From the human T2T-CHM13v2.0 reference genome, Homo sapiens, in the NCBI RefSeq assembly GCF_009914755.1, contig NC_060930.1: 64,000 bases of DNA; one strand, given 5' to 3'. The notes under the pieces are model-generated. The model was not told where the DNA came from. It ran no database searches and worked only from the letters and a program-made list of their open reading frames with translations. Within the stretch, counting starts at the first letter, position 1. Each line of letters starts with the position of its first letter. The translations under genes and the position numbers were made by a program. Below, one piece after another: positions 28,931 through 41,000 of this stretch.

Positions 28931-29838
28931 GAAATTTTGAGGGTAAAGCCACAGGTCAAGACAGCAAACCACAAATCTAATTTAAATGCCTGAGTCATTA
29001 AATTCAGTGTGATACTCTGGATACCAGCATGCTATGCCCTCTGTCTATATAGGAGGCTGTGTGTGAGAAAGAGAGGTTTAACAATTAAAAAGAAAGTGCA
29101 CATTTAGAAGGTATCAAACCTGATTCAGCAGTGTTACAAAAGGGACGTGAAACTTAACATTTATGTTTAATTTGGGCATTTAACTCTACTACTTTCCATG
29201 GTCTTTGCAAAAATAAGTTTAAGGCTGGCAATTACTTTTTTAGCTCATGATGTCTTTTCATTTGGAAATTCATTTCTGGGAAAGTTTGAAAGTTGGCTTT
29301 TTGGAAAATTACTTTTTTTTTTTTTTTGCTACACAAAGGTCATTCCTAAATGTCAAACATCATTTGGTAGTTGTTTCTGTTTTTTTTTTTAATGTCTGGA
29401 AGGATATCTTTTGAGACTTGTTTTTGAGGTCAATCTAGTGTTTAAGGGAAGTGGAAAATTCTGATCTCTGAAACTACTGGGTTTGAGAAAAACATAGAGC
29501 ACTGTTACACAGAAAAATAAAGTATTTGTATGATTCAGTTGTGACCTTTTTGAATGATTAACAGATTGCAAGCCTGGTAAAAGAGTTCAGTTCTTTCTCA
29601 GCCATTTACTAAGAATAATTGAGTACTGTTGTGAGAATTTTATTCTTTTATTAAGCTTGGATTCAGAAAACCTTTAGGGTCTATAGAGGACACCAAAATT
29701 AATGCCTTTCAGTCTCAGTAACTTGTGGAATGAATATATAAATTACTGATTTTTTTTTCTGTGCCTCTTCCAGAATGAATCTACTGTGGCCTAATATTAA
29801 CACTTATTAATGCTTCATTAATAATGTATATTCATCTT

Positions 29839-32183
29839 CTTTTTTTATTATTTTATTTTATTTTATTTTATTTTATTGTTATTATACTTTAAGTTTTAGG
29901 GTACATGTGCACAATGTGCAGGTTAGTTACATATGTATACATGTGCCATGCTGGTGTGCTGCACTCATTAACTCATCATTTAGCATTAGGTATATCTCCT
30001 AATGCTATCCCTCCCCGCTCCCTCCACCCCACAACAGTCCCCAGAGTGTGATGCTCCCCTTCCTGTGTCCATGTGTTCCCATTGTTCAATTCCCACCTAT
30101 GAGTGAGAATATGTGGTGTTTGGTGTTTTGTCCTTGCGATAGTTTACTGAGAATGATGATTTCCAATTTCATCCATGTCCCTACAAAGGACATGAACTCA
30201 TCATTTTTTATGGCTGCATAGTATTCCATGTTGTATATGTGCCACATTTGCTTAATCCAGTGCCTCACTCGGGAAACACAAGGGGTCAGGGAGTTCCCTT
30301 TCCTAGTCAAAGAAAGGGGTGACAGACGGCACCTGGAAAATCAGGTCACTCCCACCCTAATACTGCGCTTTTCCGATGGGCTTAAAAAACGGCGCACCAG
30401 GAGATTATATCCTCCACATGGCTCGGAGGGTCCTACGCCCATGGAATCTCACTGATTGCTAGCACAGCAGTCTAAGATCAAACTGCAAGGCGGCAGCGAG
30501 GCTGGGGGAGGGGCACCTGCCATTGCCCAGGCTTGCTTAGGTAAATAAAGCAGCCAGGAAGCTCCAACAGCTCAAGGAGGCCTGCCGGCCTCTGTAGGCT
30601 CCACCTCTGGGGGCAGGGCACTGACAAACAAAAAGACAGCAGTAACCTCAGCAGACTTAAATGTCCCTGTCTGACAGCTTTGAAGAGAGCAGTGGTTTTC
30701 CAAGCACAGATGGATATCTGAGAATGGGCAGACTGCCTCCTCAAGTGGGTCCCTGACCCCTGACCCCCGAGCAGCCTAACTGGGAGGCACCCCCCAGTAA
30801 GGGCAGACTGACACCTCACACGGCCGGGTACTCCTCTGAGACAAAACTTCCAGAGGAACGATAAGACAGCAACATTCGTGGTTCACGAAAATCCGCTGTT
30901 CTGCAGCCACCGCTGCTGATACAGGCAGACAGGGTCTGGAGTGGACCTCTAGCAAACTCCAACAGACCTGCAGCTGAGGGTCCTGTCTGTTAGAAGGAAA
31001 ACTAACAAACAGAAAGGACATCCACACCAAAAACCCATCTGTACATCACCATCATCAAAGACCAAAAGTAGATAAAACCACAAAGATGGGGAAAAAACAG
31101 AGCAGAAAACCTGGAAACTCTAAAAATCAGAGTGCCTCTCCTCCTCCAAAGGAACACAGTTCCTCACCAGCAATGGAACAAAGCTGGACGGAAAATGACT
31201 TTGACGAGTTGAGAGAAGAAGGCTTCAGACGATCAAACTACTCCGAACTACAGGAGGAAATTCAAATCAAAGGCAAAGAAGTTAAAAACTTTGAAAAAAA
31301 ATTAGGTGAATGTATAACTAGAATAACCAATACAGAGAAGTGCTTAAAGGAGCTGATGGAGCTGAAAGCCAAGGCTCAAGAACTACGTGAAGAATGCAGA
31401 AGCCTCAGGAGCCGATGCGATCAACTGGAAGAAAGGGTATCAGTGATGGAAGATGAAATGAATGAAATGAAGCGAGAAGGGAAGTTTAGAGAAAAAAGAA
31501 TAAAAAGAAACGAACAAAGCCTCCAAGAAATATGGGACTATGTGAAAAGACCAAATCTACGTCTGATTGGTGTACCTGAAAGTGATGTGGAGAATGGAAC
31601 CAAGTTGGAAAACACTCTGCAGGATATTATCCAGGAGAACTTCCCCAATCTAGCAAGGCAGGCCAACATTCAGATTCAGGAAATACAGAGAATGCCACAA
31701 AGATACTCCTCGAGAAGAGCAACTCCAAGACACATAATTGTCAGATTCACCAAAGTTGAAATGAAGGAAAAAATGTTAAGGGCAGCCAGAGAGAAAGGTC
31801 GGGTTACCCACAAAGGGAAGCCCATCAGACTAACAGCGGATCTCTCGGCAGAAACTCTACAAGCCAGAAGAGTGTGGAGGCCAATATTCAACATTCTTAA
31901 AGAAAAGAATTTTCAACCCAGAATTTCATATCCAGCCAAACTAAGCTTCGTACGTGAAGGAGAAATAAAATACTTTACAGACAAGCAAATGCTGAGAGAT
32001 TTTGTCACCACCAGGCCTGCCCTAAAGGAGCTCCTGAAGGAAGCACTAAACATGGAAAGGAACAACCAGTACCAGCCACTGCAAAATCATGCCAAATTGT
32101 AAAGACCATCGAGGCTAGGAAGAAACTGCATGAACTAACAAGCAAAATAACCAGCTAACATCATAATGACAGGATCAAATTCA
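29839..32183 (-). mobile_element. Inverted and internally deleted L1PA3-like insertion: antisense tail and 3' end (29839-30261), then sense 5'UTR-ORF1-ORF2 start (30261-32183)
   Basis: TSD ATTCATCTT at 29830-29838 and 32179-32187. The ORF2 ATG at 32166 is cut after ~6 codons. Confidence 0.92.
31086..32102 (+). CDS. LINE-1 ORF1p (RNA-binding chaperone), full-length 338-aa open frame
   Basis: MGKKQSRK...NHAKL with coiled coil and REKG, ARR and YPAKLS motifs retained. Expression is unknown. Confidence 0.9.
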   Translation: MGKKQSRKPGNSKNQSASPPPKEHSSSPAMEQSWTENDFDELREEGFRRSNYSELQEEIQIKGKEVKNFEKKLGECITRITNTEKCLKELMELKAKAQELREECRSLRSRCDQLEERVSVMEDEMNEMKREGKFREKRIKRNEQSLQEIWDYVKRPNLRLIGVPESDVENGTKLENTLQDIIQENFPNLARQANIQIQEIQRMPQRYSSRRATPRHIIVRFTKVEMKEKMLRAAREKGRVTHKGKPIRLTADLSAETLQARRVWRPIFNILKEKNFQPRISYPAKLSFVREGEIKYFTDKQMLRDFVTTRPALKELLKEALNMERNNQYQPLQNHAKL

Positions 32184-32539
32184 TCTTATTTATGTTCCAT
32201 AAAAGAAATTTTGGTAGAGGCAAAATTTCAAAGGTATGTGGTTGTTAAGGGTGAAAATGTTAGAGAGGAAGCAGTATGATACCTTACTCATCATTAAAGT
32301 GATTCTACCTCATGTTAATGACTCCATAGGATTACATTCTTTTTAAATGTATCTTAATATCAATTCACATTGTGAGGCACTTAATCTAGCATATTTTGCT
32401 TCCCATAGAGTATCAAATAAAATCTACAAAACAGTTGAAAGGAACTGACAGCTAAGATTATAAAAACCCAGAGCATATATTTGCCTGATTCTCTGTTAAT
32501 CATATTTGAGCCTTGCTACCATAATTAACACCATGAAGA

Positions 32540-32825
32540 GATGTCTGCAAATTTAGAAAAGTAAAGGATACAAAGGACATAAAATTAGTTATAATTTGAA
32601 AGAAATCTTAGTGGTCTTATTAACTATATGTCCTTATACTTGAGAGCATGACTTGGCCATCAATTTGACGCAATTTTTTTTGAGTCCCAGATCCAGCACA
32701 TATTAGCTACGTAATGATGGACAAGTAACATAACCTCTTGAAACCTCATCAGCTTCATAAGTAAAATGAGAATAATAATAGGACCTAACTCATCCAGAAG
32801 ATGGCACTTAAATAAAGTGCCTATT
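32540..32825. mobile_element. MIR fragments
   Basis: cataacctcttgaaacctc...gtaaaatgagaataataataggaccta core. Confidence 0.55.
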
Positions 32826-33449
32826 TCATTGGAAAGAATTCCAGCCACATGGCAGGATGGGCTGATATTAATAGACCCAGAGCTGTTAAAAATTCATTAA
32901 AATGTTGGATAAAATGTAATGACAGAAAAAATGAGCCAAGCCCAAAAGAAAGGGAAATGTATAGGTGTTCATAAAATACAACAGGAACAATAAAAGACAA
33001 AATATTAAGGGTACGCTGGATGATCTTAATTATTTTAGACAGCTATATGCTCTAAATGGCTAAGAATTGGGATCTAAGTGTTGTTGCGTAGACAGGAGAG
33101 TGTCCTCGGCCTTTGTAGTTTTGGAGAACTAAAAGCAATCCAACTATAGAAAGTCTGAGGCTTCAGAAAGCTGCCCCATCTATCAGCAGAGATCTAGTAA
33201 AACTACTCAGTGGCCTGGGAAACAGTGAGAAGAAAGCTTGCCTTCTGTCTGGAGCTTTGAGTGGGTGGGGAAAAAAAAAACTACCCAAGAAAAAAAACAA
33301 ACACTGGCACATACCGCACAGGTGTATGGTGTGAATTTATGCTGTCATGATTCAGTAACCTAAAACCAAAGAATTTACTGCTATGGAAGTTGTGGAAGGA
33401 CTTTTACAGTCAGGCATTATATGAGTTTCACAGGGGAAAAGTACTGGGC

Positions 33450-33840
33450 AAAATGAACACTCAATAGAAATAAAATTAAATAAAAAATATAAAGAAAAAT
33501 AAATTAAAGAAGGAAACAGAAAAATATGCAGAAGAAGCAGCAGATGCAACACAAGGAGCAAACCAAGAACTAGGAAAAAACCACCTTAAATAAACTGTGA
33601 AGGAGATATGTTTAAAGTTACTTTCCTAAGGAGTTGAAATCATTTTAAAACTATGAATAAGAAAGAATGAATAAGTAAAAATAGAATAAACATGAGCAGA
33701 TTAAGAAAAACAGGACTACTAAAAATTAAACATACAATTACTAAAATTAAAAATTCTGTAGATGGGATAAACACTAATGTAAAAGGAAATGTTTGTGAAT
33801 TGGAAGATATATCTGAGGAAATCACCTAGAATAAAGTGAG
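33450..33840 (+). mobile_element. Old L1M ORF1-region fragment (likely continues ~37580-39060)
   Basis: A-rich L1-like words (tgaattggaagatatatctgaggaaatcacctaga; later ataaatgtgagtgggtttaattccctattaaaagg). Boundaries are approximate. Confidence 0.5.
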
Positions 33841-36800
33841 TAAAGTTAATATTATGAGATTGTTCAATGAAAATAATCTTTCTCCTTCCCCTCTCTCTCC
33901 TCTCTCTTTCTTTTCTCTCACCCTTCCAAAGTACTTTTCAGTTGCTTACCAGGCAAAAGATACAGTAATGGACAGTTAATATTCCTACTCCTGTGAAGCT
34001 CACAGTTCAGTGGTTTGGTGGATACAGCAATTTATTAAAACAAATGAACAAAAACCAAACAAAACACAGGTTGATGAGTTCTTTGCAAATAATTAAAATT
34101 TGGTCTTACGAAATCACTGTATAAGTACTTTGTATTTGATAGTCGGGAAGGGTCTCTTGAAAGGGGTGAAATTTTAGGTTAGATAAGAATGACAAGACAA
34201 TCTGTCAAGCACAATTAGTTTTTCAGTTGAAAAAAATCAATTCGTGCAGAGGAGAAATGAGCTATGCATGTTGCAGAAACGAAAAGGAGGCCAGTATGGT
34301 TAGAGCATGGTATGAAAGATGCAAGATGGTCTTGAAGGTGTAGGCTGGGGCAGATTCTACTGGGCTTTTTCATACGAGACAGGGTAAAGAGTTTGGATTC
34401 TATTCTAAATACTGAGAAGTCATAAAAGGACTTTATATATGTTTTACCTTGTAAAGGATCTGTCCCTGTGCTATGTGGAGAATTCTCAGCAGCAGAAATG
34501 CTGGGGGTTGGGCGGTGGTATGATGTGAGCAGTTAGGAGACCATTACATTGGTCCAAGTGATAGAGGCTACTGGGATTTGGACTGGAGTGGTAGAGGCAT
34601 CAGCTCTACCACTGATTTTACAGATTTGGAAAAGCTTTGGATAGGGATATGATGGGAATTTAAAATTGACAGGACATGGAGTTGGGAGAAAGATAAGAAT
34701 CACAGTCAATTCCAGGAATCATAGATAAATCCATGTAAGAATTATGTCTACAATATTCATTAGTCACACAGCCACCATTTAAGCACTTCCAGTGATCAAA
34801 GGCTTGGTAGGTACCTCGTGTGGCCACTCATTCCTTTTCATGCATCCCAAATCATTAGAAAGTTCTTCCTATGGATTTGACCTACTTTTCCTTATAAACA
34901 ATATAGTTGCCTAAACAATATAGTTGATTTATTTGTAATCTTTCTTCTACATGATAAGTTTCTAAATATTTGAAGATAATTACTATTTTTTTTCCTGAAG
35001 TTTTCTTGTTTCAAGTTAAAAAATCTCAGTTCCTGATTTCTGTTAGAATCTATGTGTATGTAGCTTAGGGTACTAATAACTCAATATTGAAGTTTGATTG
35101 TTTGGATTTGTCCTAGTTTTCTTACTGGATTTTATTCTCTAAAGTGCCTTATCCATTGGGCACTCAAAAATTATTTCCAAAATAAAAATTAAACTAATCT
35201 CTTTTTTTGAAACAATCTTCACTCTCCTTCTCACCTTTTTAATGTTCTGAGCACCTTTCTTTGCACACATTTTACTTTATCAATATGCCTCTTAAAAAAT
35301 AAAGACCACTACTAATTGATATGCAATTCAAAAGTTCTGAATTCCATGCTTCAAAAATGCAATCAAAAATTAAATTTAGGTTTGGTATAGCTATCTTACA
35401 ATGTTGACTCATTAAACTTTGGTTATCAAATAACCAATGCAATCATTTTAATATAACTTATTTTAAGTCAATTGTATCCCCACTAGGAGGATATACTCTT
35501 ATACAATTTTCTGCCAAAGAAATAATAATCTACAGAATATACAGATTCATAGAGGGATTTTAATTACTGGAAAAATGTCAGGTAAAACATTTTTTTAAGA
35601 AACTAAAACACAATGGAAAACATTTTTCCTTCAGAGAAGCAAAATTGTAATGACTTCTACTTACTTCTTGATGAAAAAGTTCATTATAATTGGATAATTA
35701 GTGCTAATGTCTCCTGTAAAGGTTGGGATGTTGGGGGAAGAAAAACCTGTTAAGATGGAATAGGGAATAATTTGACATGTAAGAGATGCCGTCCCTAACC
35801 CCCTTGCCCATCCTTGGCCACTTGGTCACCAGCCTTGTAGAAGCACAGTCATATGATGATGAGCAAACTATTCTGGACTCCTTGCTAGATCATGTTAGTG
35901 TTCTCATATTGTTCTGAAAATACAAAATCACTGGAAGGACCATGTTTAATGGATATTACTAATATGCAATACCCAGATACAAGTAAAAGAATGTGAATTT
36001 ATAACCCTAGCATTGTCATCAAGGTGCTCCCAAATTCTCTAGCCTTCCAAGAACTTATCTTTAATTTAGTATAAATTTTTAAACACACACTTGGCTTACC
36101 TTTAACATAATTTAGAGCTAGAAATTCAACATCCTCTTAATATTTCTAAAGATTCTTTGAGGCAGGGGTTGCATACATTTCTGCCTGTCCACTCATCCAC
36201 TTATTTCATCCGTATTATCAATAACTGCTTTGCATTTTCCTTCTGGGGCTATTTTCTTTATTCTGTCTCCCTTTTCAACCTCAACATGAAACCAAGCTTT
36301 TTTTTCTTTAATCCCTTCCTTTTAAGTATCTCTAATGCAGGTTAAGTAGGCATTTAATAAAAGTTGGATGGAGTAGAGAGGGATTATATTTTACCGCAGC
36401 GTAGTATTTATTTCTATCTAAATATCACTATTATTAATAATTTATTTTTCAATTCCTTCCACAATGAATTTTTCAGTTTTTTTCCTCTGGTCTCATTTTC
36501 CCACCATTTTTCTGGACATGTCTTTTTTTATTCCTCTCCCAAGACTTCTTAGCCTCACTCTCCTTCTCTATTGTCCACAGTGAGCCTCACCTTCTCTCTC
36601 TGGAAGCCTCAGTAAACTTTAATTATTACTCTGCAATTATGTAAAGTATATGTCTATTCTATAGCCAGTAACTTTTCAAGCCGGCGTCCTATCTTTATAT
36701 AACCAAATGGGTTCAGCACAATATTTTGATAAGCCTAAAACAGCTTTCTGCAGTATTTCTGCTCAAATTATTTTTAATTTTATATTTATTTATTCACCAA

Positions 36801-37737
36801 ATATTTATTTTGGGCACTGTGTGTTTGTTAAAAAGAAATGCGAAATGTACAGCAAGGAGTAGGGTCTCCTAAGGGAAATGATTATTTCTTTTAATAAATG
36901 CTGTTAGCAAAATATTTATGAGGCACTTAGTGTAGGTGGCCTGCAAAATGTATATTGGCCGATGAGAGTGAGAGGGTGACAGTTATTTGCCTAAAAGCCA
37001 TACCTGATCCTGTAGGAATGAGTGAGATTTCTGGGGAAGAGAATGTTGAGGCAGAACCTAAGGGAAAAACTCACATTTAGAGGATGAAGAGTCACTAAGG
37101 CAATGAAAGAGACAGAAAAGCAGAAAAAAGGAGGAAGAAAATTAAAATCCTGTCAGCCTTGAAAGCCAAGGAAGGTGAGCATTTCAAGAACGGTTGTGGG
37201 ATGGGGAGGGCGGGATAATGTCAAATCCTGAAAGAATCATGATGAACGTGACAGTTCTTAAAAGGCAATTGACTTTCAAGAGAGCAGTTTCATTCAAGGC
37301 AGGAGGTTTGAAGTCAGATTATCTGACATTATTGGGTGAGTGGGAAGAGAGGAATTAGAGGATACTCTTTTGAGAGGTTTCTGTAACAAGAAAGTATTGT
37401 TCAGAGAATGAAATGGGAAATTATATATTTTGCAGTTACCCTTTATTAATCAAGAATCAGGGGCTCAATTATCATAGAGAAAATTATTGGAATGTGAGGG
37501 GGTTGAGATGGAAGCAGAGTACAGCTGGCGGTAACTCAGAGCATCCAAAACAAACGTGGAAGAAAATAAATTAGAAAGTTAGCTAAGGAGGAAAACATTC
37601 AATGTGCTCTGCTAGATAGCTGGTCCTTGTACCGAAGGGGAACACAGAGTACCAAGTAAACGAAATGAAAAACACGAATATCTAGACACACTGATAAAAT
37701 TTCAAAGCTCCAAAGATAAAAAGTCCTAAAAAGCGGG

Positions 37738-38038
37738 GGCCAGGTGCGGTGGCTCACGCCTGTAATCCTATCACTTTGGGAGGCCGAGGCAGGTGGATCA
37801 CCTGAGGTCAGGAGTTCCACACCATCCTGGCTAACATGGTGAAACCCCATTTCTACTAAAAATACAAAAAATTAGCCGGGCGTCGTGGTGGGCTTTGTGG
37901 TCCCAGCTACTCCGGAGGCTGAGGCAGGAGAATGACGTGAACCCGGGAGGCGGAGCTTGCAGTGAGCCGAGATCCGCCATTGCACTCCAGCCTCGGCGAC
38001 AGAGACTCTGTATCAAAAAAAAAAAAAAAAAAAAAAAA
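37738..38038 (+). mobile_element. Full-length Alu (mostly AluY, with an S-type 5' part)
   Basis: Dimer plus A-tail. TSD aaaaagtcctaaaaa at 37718-37732 and 38034-38048. Confidence 0.93.
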
Positions 38039-41000
38039 GTCCTAAAAATCTTCCAGGTATAGAAGTCGTTCTCTTATAAGAAGACTCGTGGGCAACACTG
38101 GATACTACGAGTGAGTAGAGAAGTATCTTCAAAGTTTAATGAGAAAAAAAACTTAACCCTAAATTTCTAAGGCTTGCCAGACTAACGTTCAAGCGTGTCA
38201 GGGTGAGGTAAATCAACTTTGGCCCATTCTCTGTGAAAGAATATATTGAACAAAATGATAAATGAATCCAAAAAAGAAGACAAATGAAGAAACTAAAAAA
38301 AAATCTAATAGTTAAATCTAAATTATTAAAGCACAATGTACAAATGTAATGGTTTGGTAATACATGACAAATGGATGTAAAGGAAGAAAGGGAAGTGATA
38401 GCAGACCCAAATTATTGTCTTGGTTGGAAAAGCCTATAGATGCTGATTAATTAAAGAGATTGACAGATTTTTAAAAATACGCTTTATGTATATGTAAAAA
38501 ATTAGGGTATAACACTTTTAAATAATTAAATTAGGATATCTCGAGAAAAAAGTAGCAATGGCAATTCCTATCAATCCAAAAAAAATTAGGAAAAGGCAAA
38601 AAATAAACAGCAAGAAAACATGGTAAAGACAAACTCTAAAATAAGACAGAAGAGAAATGTTCAACATCGTAATAAATATAATAAATGTGAGTGGGTTTAA
38701 TTCCCTATTAAAAGGAAGAGGGTCAGATGGGATTTTTAAAATCCGACTATATATGTTATGTAAAAGATACATGCTTGAAGCAAAATGACACTAAGGGGCT
38801 GAAAATAAAATACAGAAAAAGATGTAGCAGACAAGTGTATCAACAAGGCAGGAATAATAATATCAGACAAAATTGGAGTAACATGAAAAGCACAAATCAG
38901 AATGAAGAGAGATGTTGTATGTTGATAGAAATCAAATAGATTCAGATGAAGAAGAGTTAACGTCTGCCCTGCCAACACTACGTGTACTGAAATATGTCAG
39001 GATTAAACACTAAACACTTTGGTGGGGGGTGTGGAATGTGGCAATATCTAACAAAATTTAAATTGTGATTCCTCACAGCAAAACCACTTTAGGAGACCCT
39101 CTTCAAGTAGAAAAATCTTTGAAGACAACATATATGTCTAGCAATAGGGAAATATAAGGGAATGATGTAGTTCAAGTACATTTATATCTTCTTGGGCAGT
39201 TTTAAAAAATAAAAATAATAAAATATATAATATAAGAATAGAAGGATAGACTGATAAAGGACAGATATTATCTTCTGAGGTATAGAGAGACTAGATTGGT
39301 TCATAACAAAAAAAAATCTATTAAAATTAAAAAGAGAGAAAACTGTAAGCATAATACAAAGACCAGTAAGACCGCAATATCGTTTGTGTCGTAGTGACGT
39401 GGCTTTTGTGTCCACAGTTTTAATTTAAATGGTGCTTTAAAACAAATTTTGTGGAATAATAAAATGGATGAGATACGCACTTGGTTTTATATGAAGTACT
39501 CTATGAATGAAAAACTAAATTAAAAGTTAGTTATAAGAGAAATGTATATATAACTACTGCTAACCTTCCTAAAGCACTGGCTTGTTAATTTAATTTTCAT
39601 TCAATATTTCATAAGCCTTATATATCAGACTAGGGATAACAATAATGTTTTTCTATGAAAAACAAGATTTTTGTCTGCTATGTTCACAGCTACATCTCCA
39701 GTGCTGAGAATCCTGTGTGGAATGTAATGGGTGCTCATTTAATGTTTGTTGAATGAGTGAAATGTATTCATTCCCAAATGCCTTTGATAAAATTCCCCCT
39801 TATAAAAAAATTTCTGTCTCATGTGGATGCCAGCTGCAGCATAGATGTACTTTTTAAAATAAGTATTAGGCAATCTGAGATTTCACATGCAAGGTAAACC
39901 TTGATTTAATGCTTAGATGTGGATCGAAATAACTTCAACCTTGAATGATTTGAGAAAATGTCTTGAGGAAACGAAACAACTCTTATGTTACTCAGACTCG
40001 TGCATGTGCACACATTCGTGTACAGACCTGTTCATCGAGCTTGACCAGGTCTTCTACAACTCTTGGTCTGCTGGGAGATAGCCTATATGTTCATGAATCA
40101 ACTTTCAATCTGAGAAAAAAATGTAATTTTAGAGTATAAGGAGACCTTAGAGATCATGTTCCCGGTATCTCCTTTTGCAGGAGGGGGAAACAGGTGCAGG
40201 GAATTTAAGGCGTGATGCCCTGAAGTATGAGCTGCATCTCCTGATTGCTTATTTATTTTTCCACCCCTCCACGTTGAGCCTTAACCTTCATCCCAGTTAA
40301 AATGGTCTTAACTATCTTTAGTATGTAAAGCACAGCTTTGAAAATGCTAATTATTTGTAGATCTCTCTATAGAATACCACTTGTCCCTTAGTATAATAAC
40401 GACTGATGAAAACAAGCTCAAAGATTAGTTAATTGATTAAAGGAATTTTTACGTAGTAGAAAAATACTGAAAATATTTTCCATGATCTTAGTTCATTTCT
40501 GAAAAATAAGCTAAAAGGTTAAGGGAATAGTTAAGATGGAATTAGAGTTATTTTAGAAATTATAAACGCTATATACATGTCTTAGTAGAATCATTCTTAT
40601 TAAGAAAGTCAGGTTTGATACTTCTTTCATTAAATGTGTATAAAAGATACTATTTTAAGTTAAAACTTTTTGTAATAAACTAAAATATAGTGGTAGATAA
40701 ATGGTAAAACATGACCAGAACTACTTTGGTATTTCTAGATTCTCTTTTAATAAAGCATTTTTATATCAATATAATAGGTAAAGTAAAAATATGTAAAAGA
40801 CAGAAGAAACCCTTCTCCCTTACCTCCACGTACAAAAAGTAAGCCTTGAGATCTTTCAACTCAATTGATTGTAATTCAAGTACAATAAAGATGTACCAGA
40901 ATTACCTAAATACCAGTGTTTTATGAAAAAAGAAGACATTTCATACTCCACTTATATTTTTTTGGTCAAGCAACCATTAATCAAATCTTTAACCTTCAAT

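Noticed and set aside
30449-30523. L1 antisense ORF0 (MAGAPPPASLPPCSLILDCCASNQ)
   Set aside because: It is truncated by TGA at codon 25 (CpG decay), so it is not an intact ORF0.
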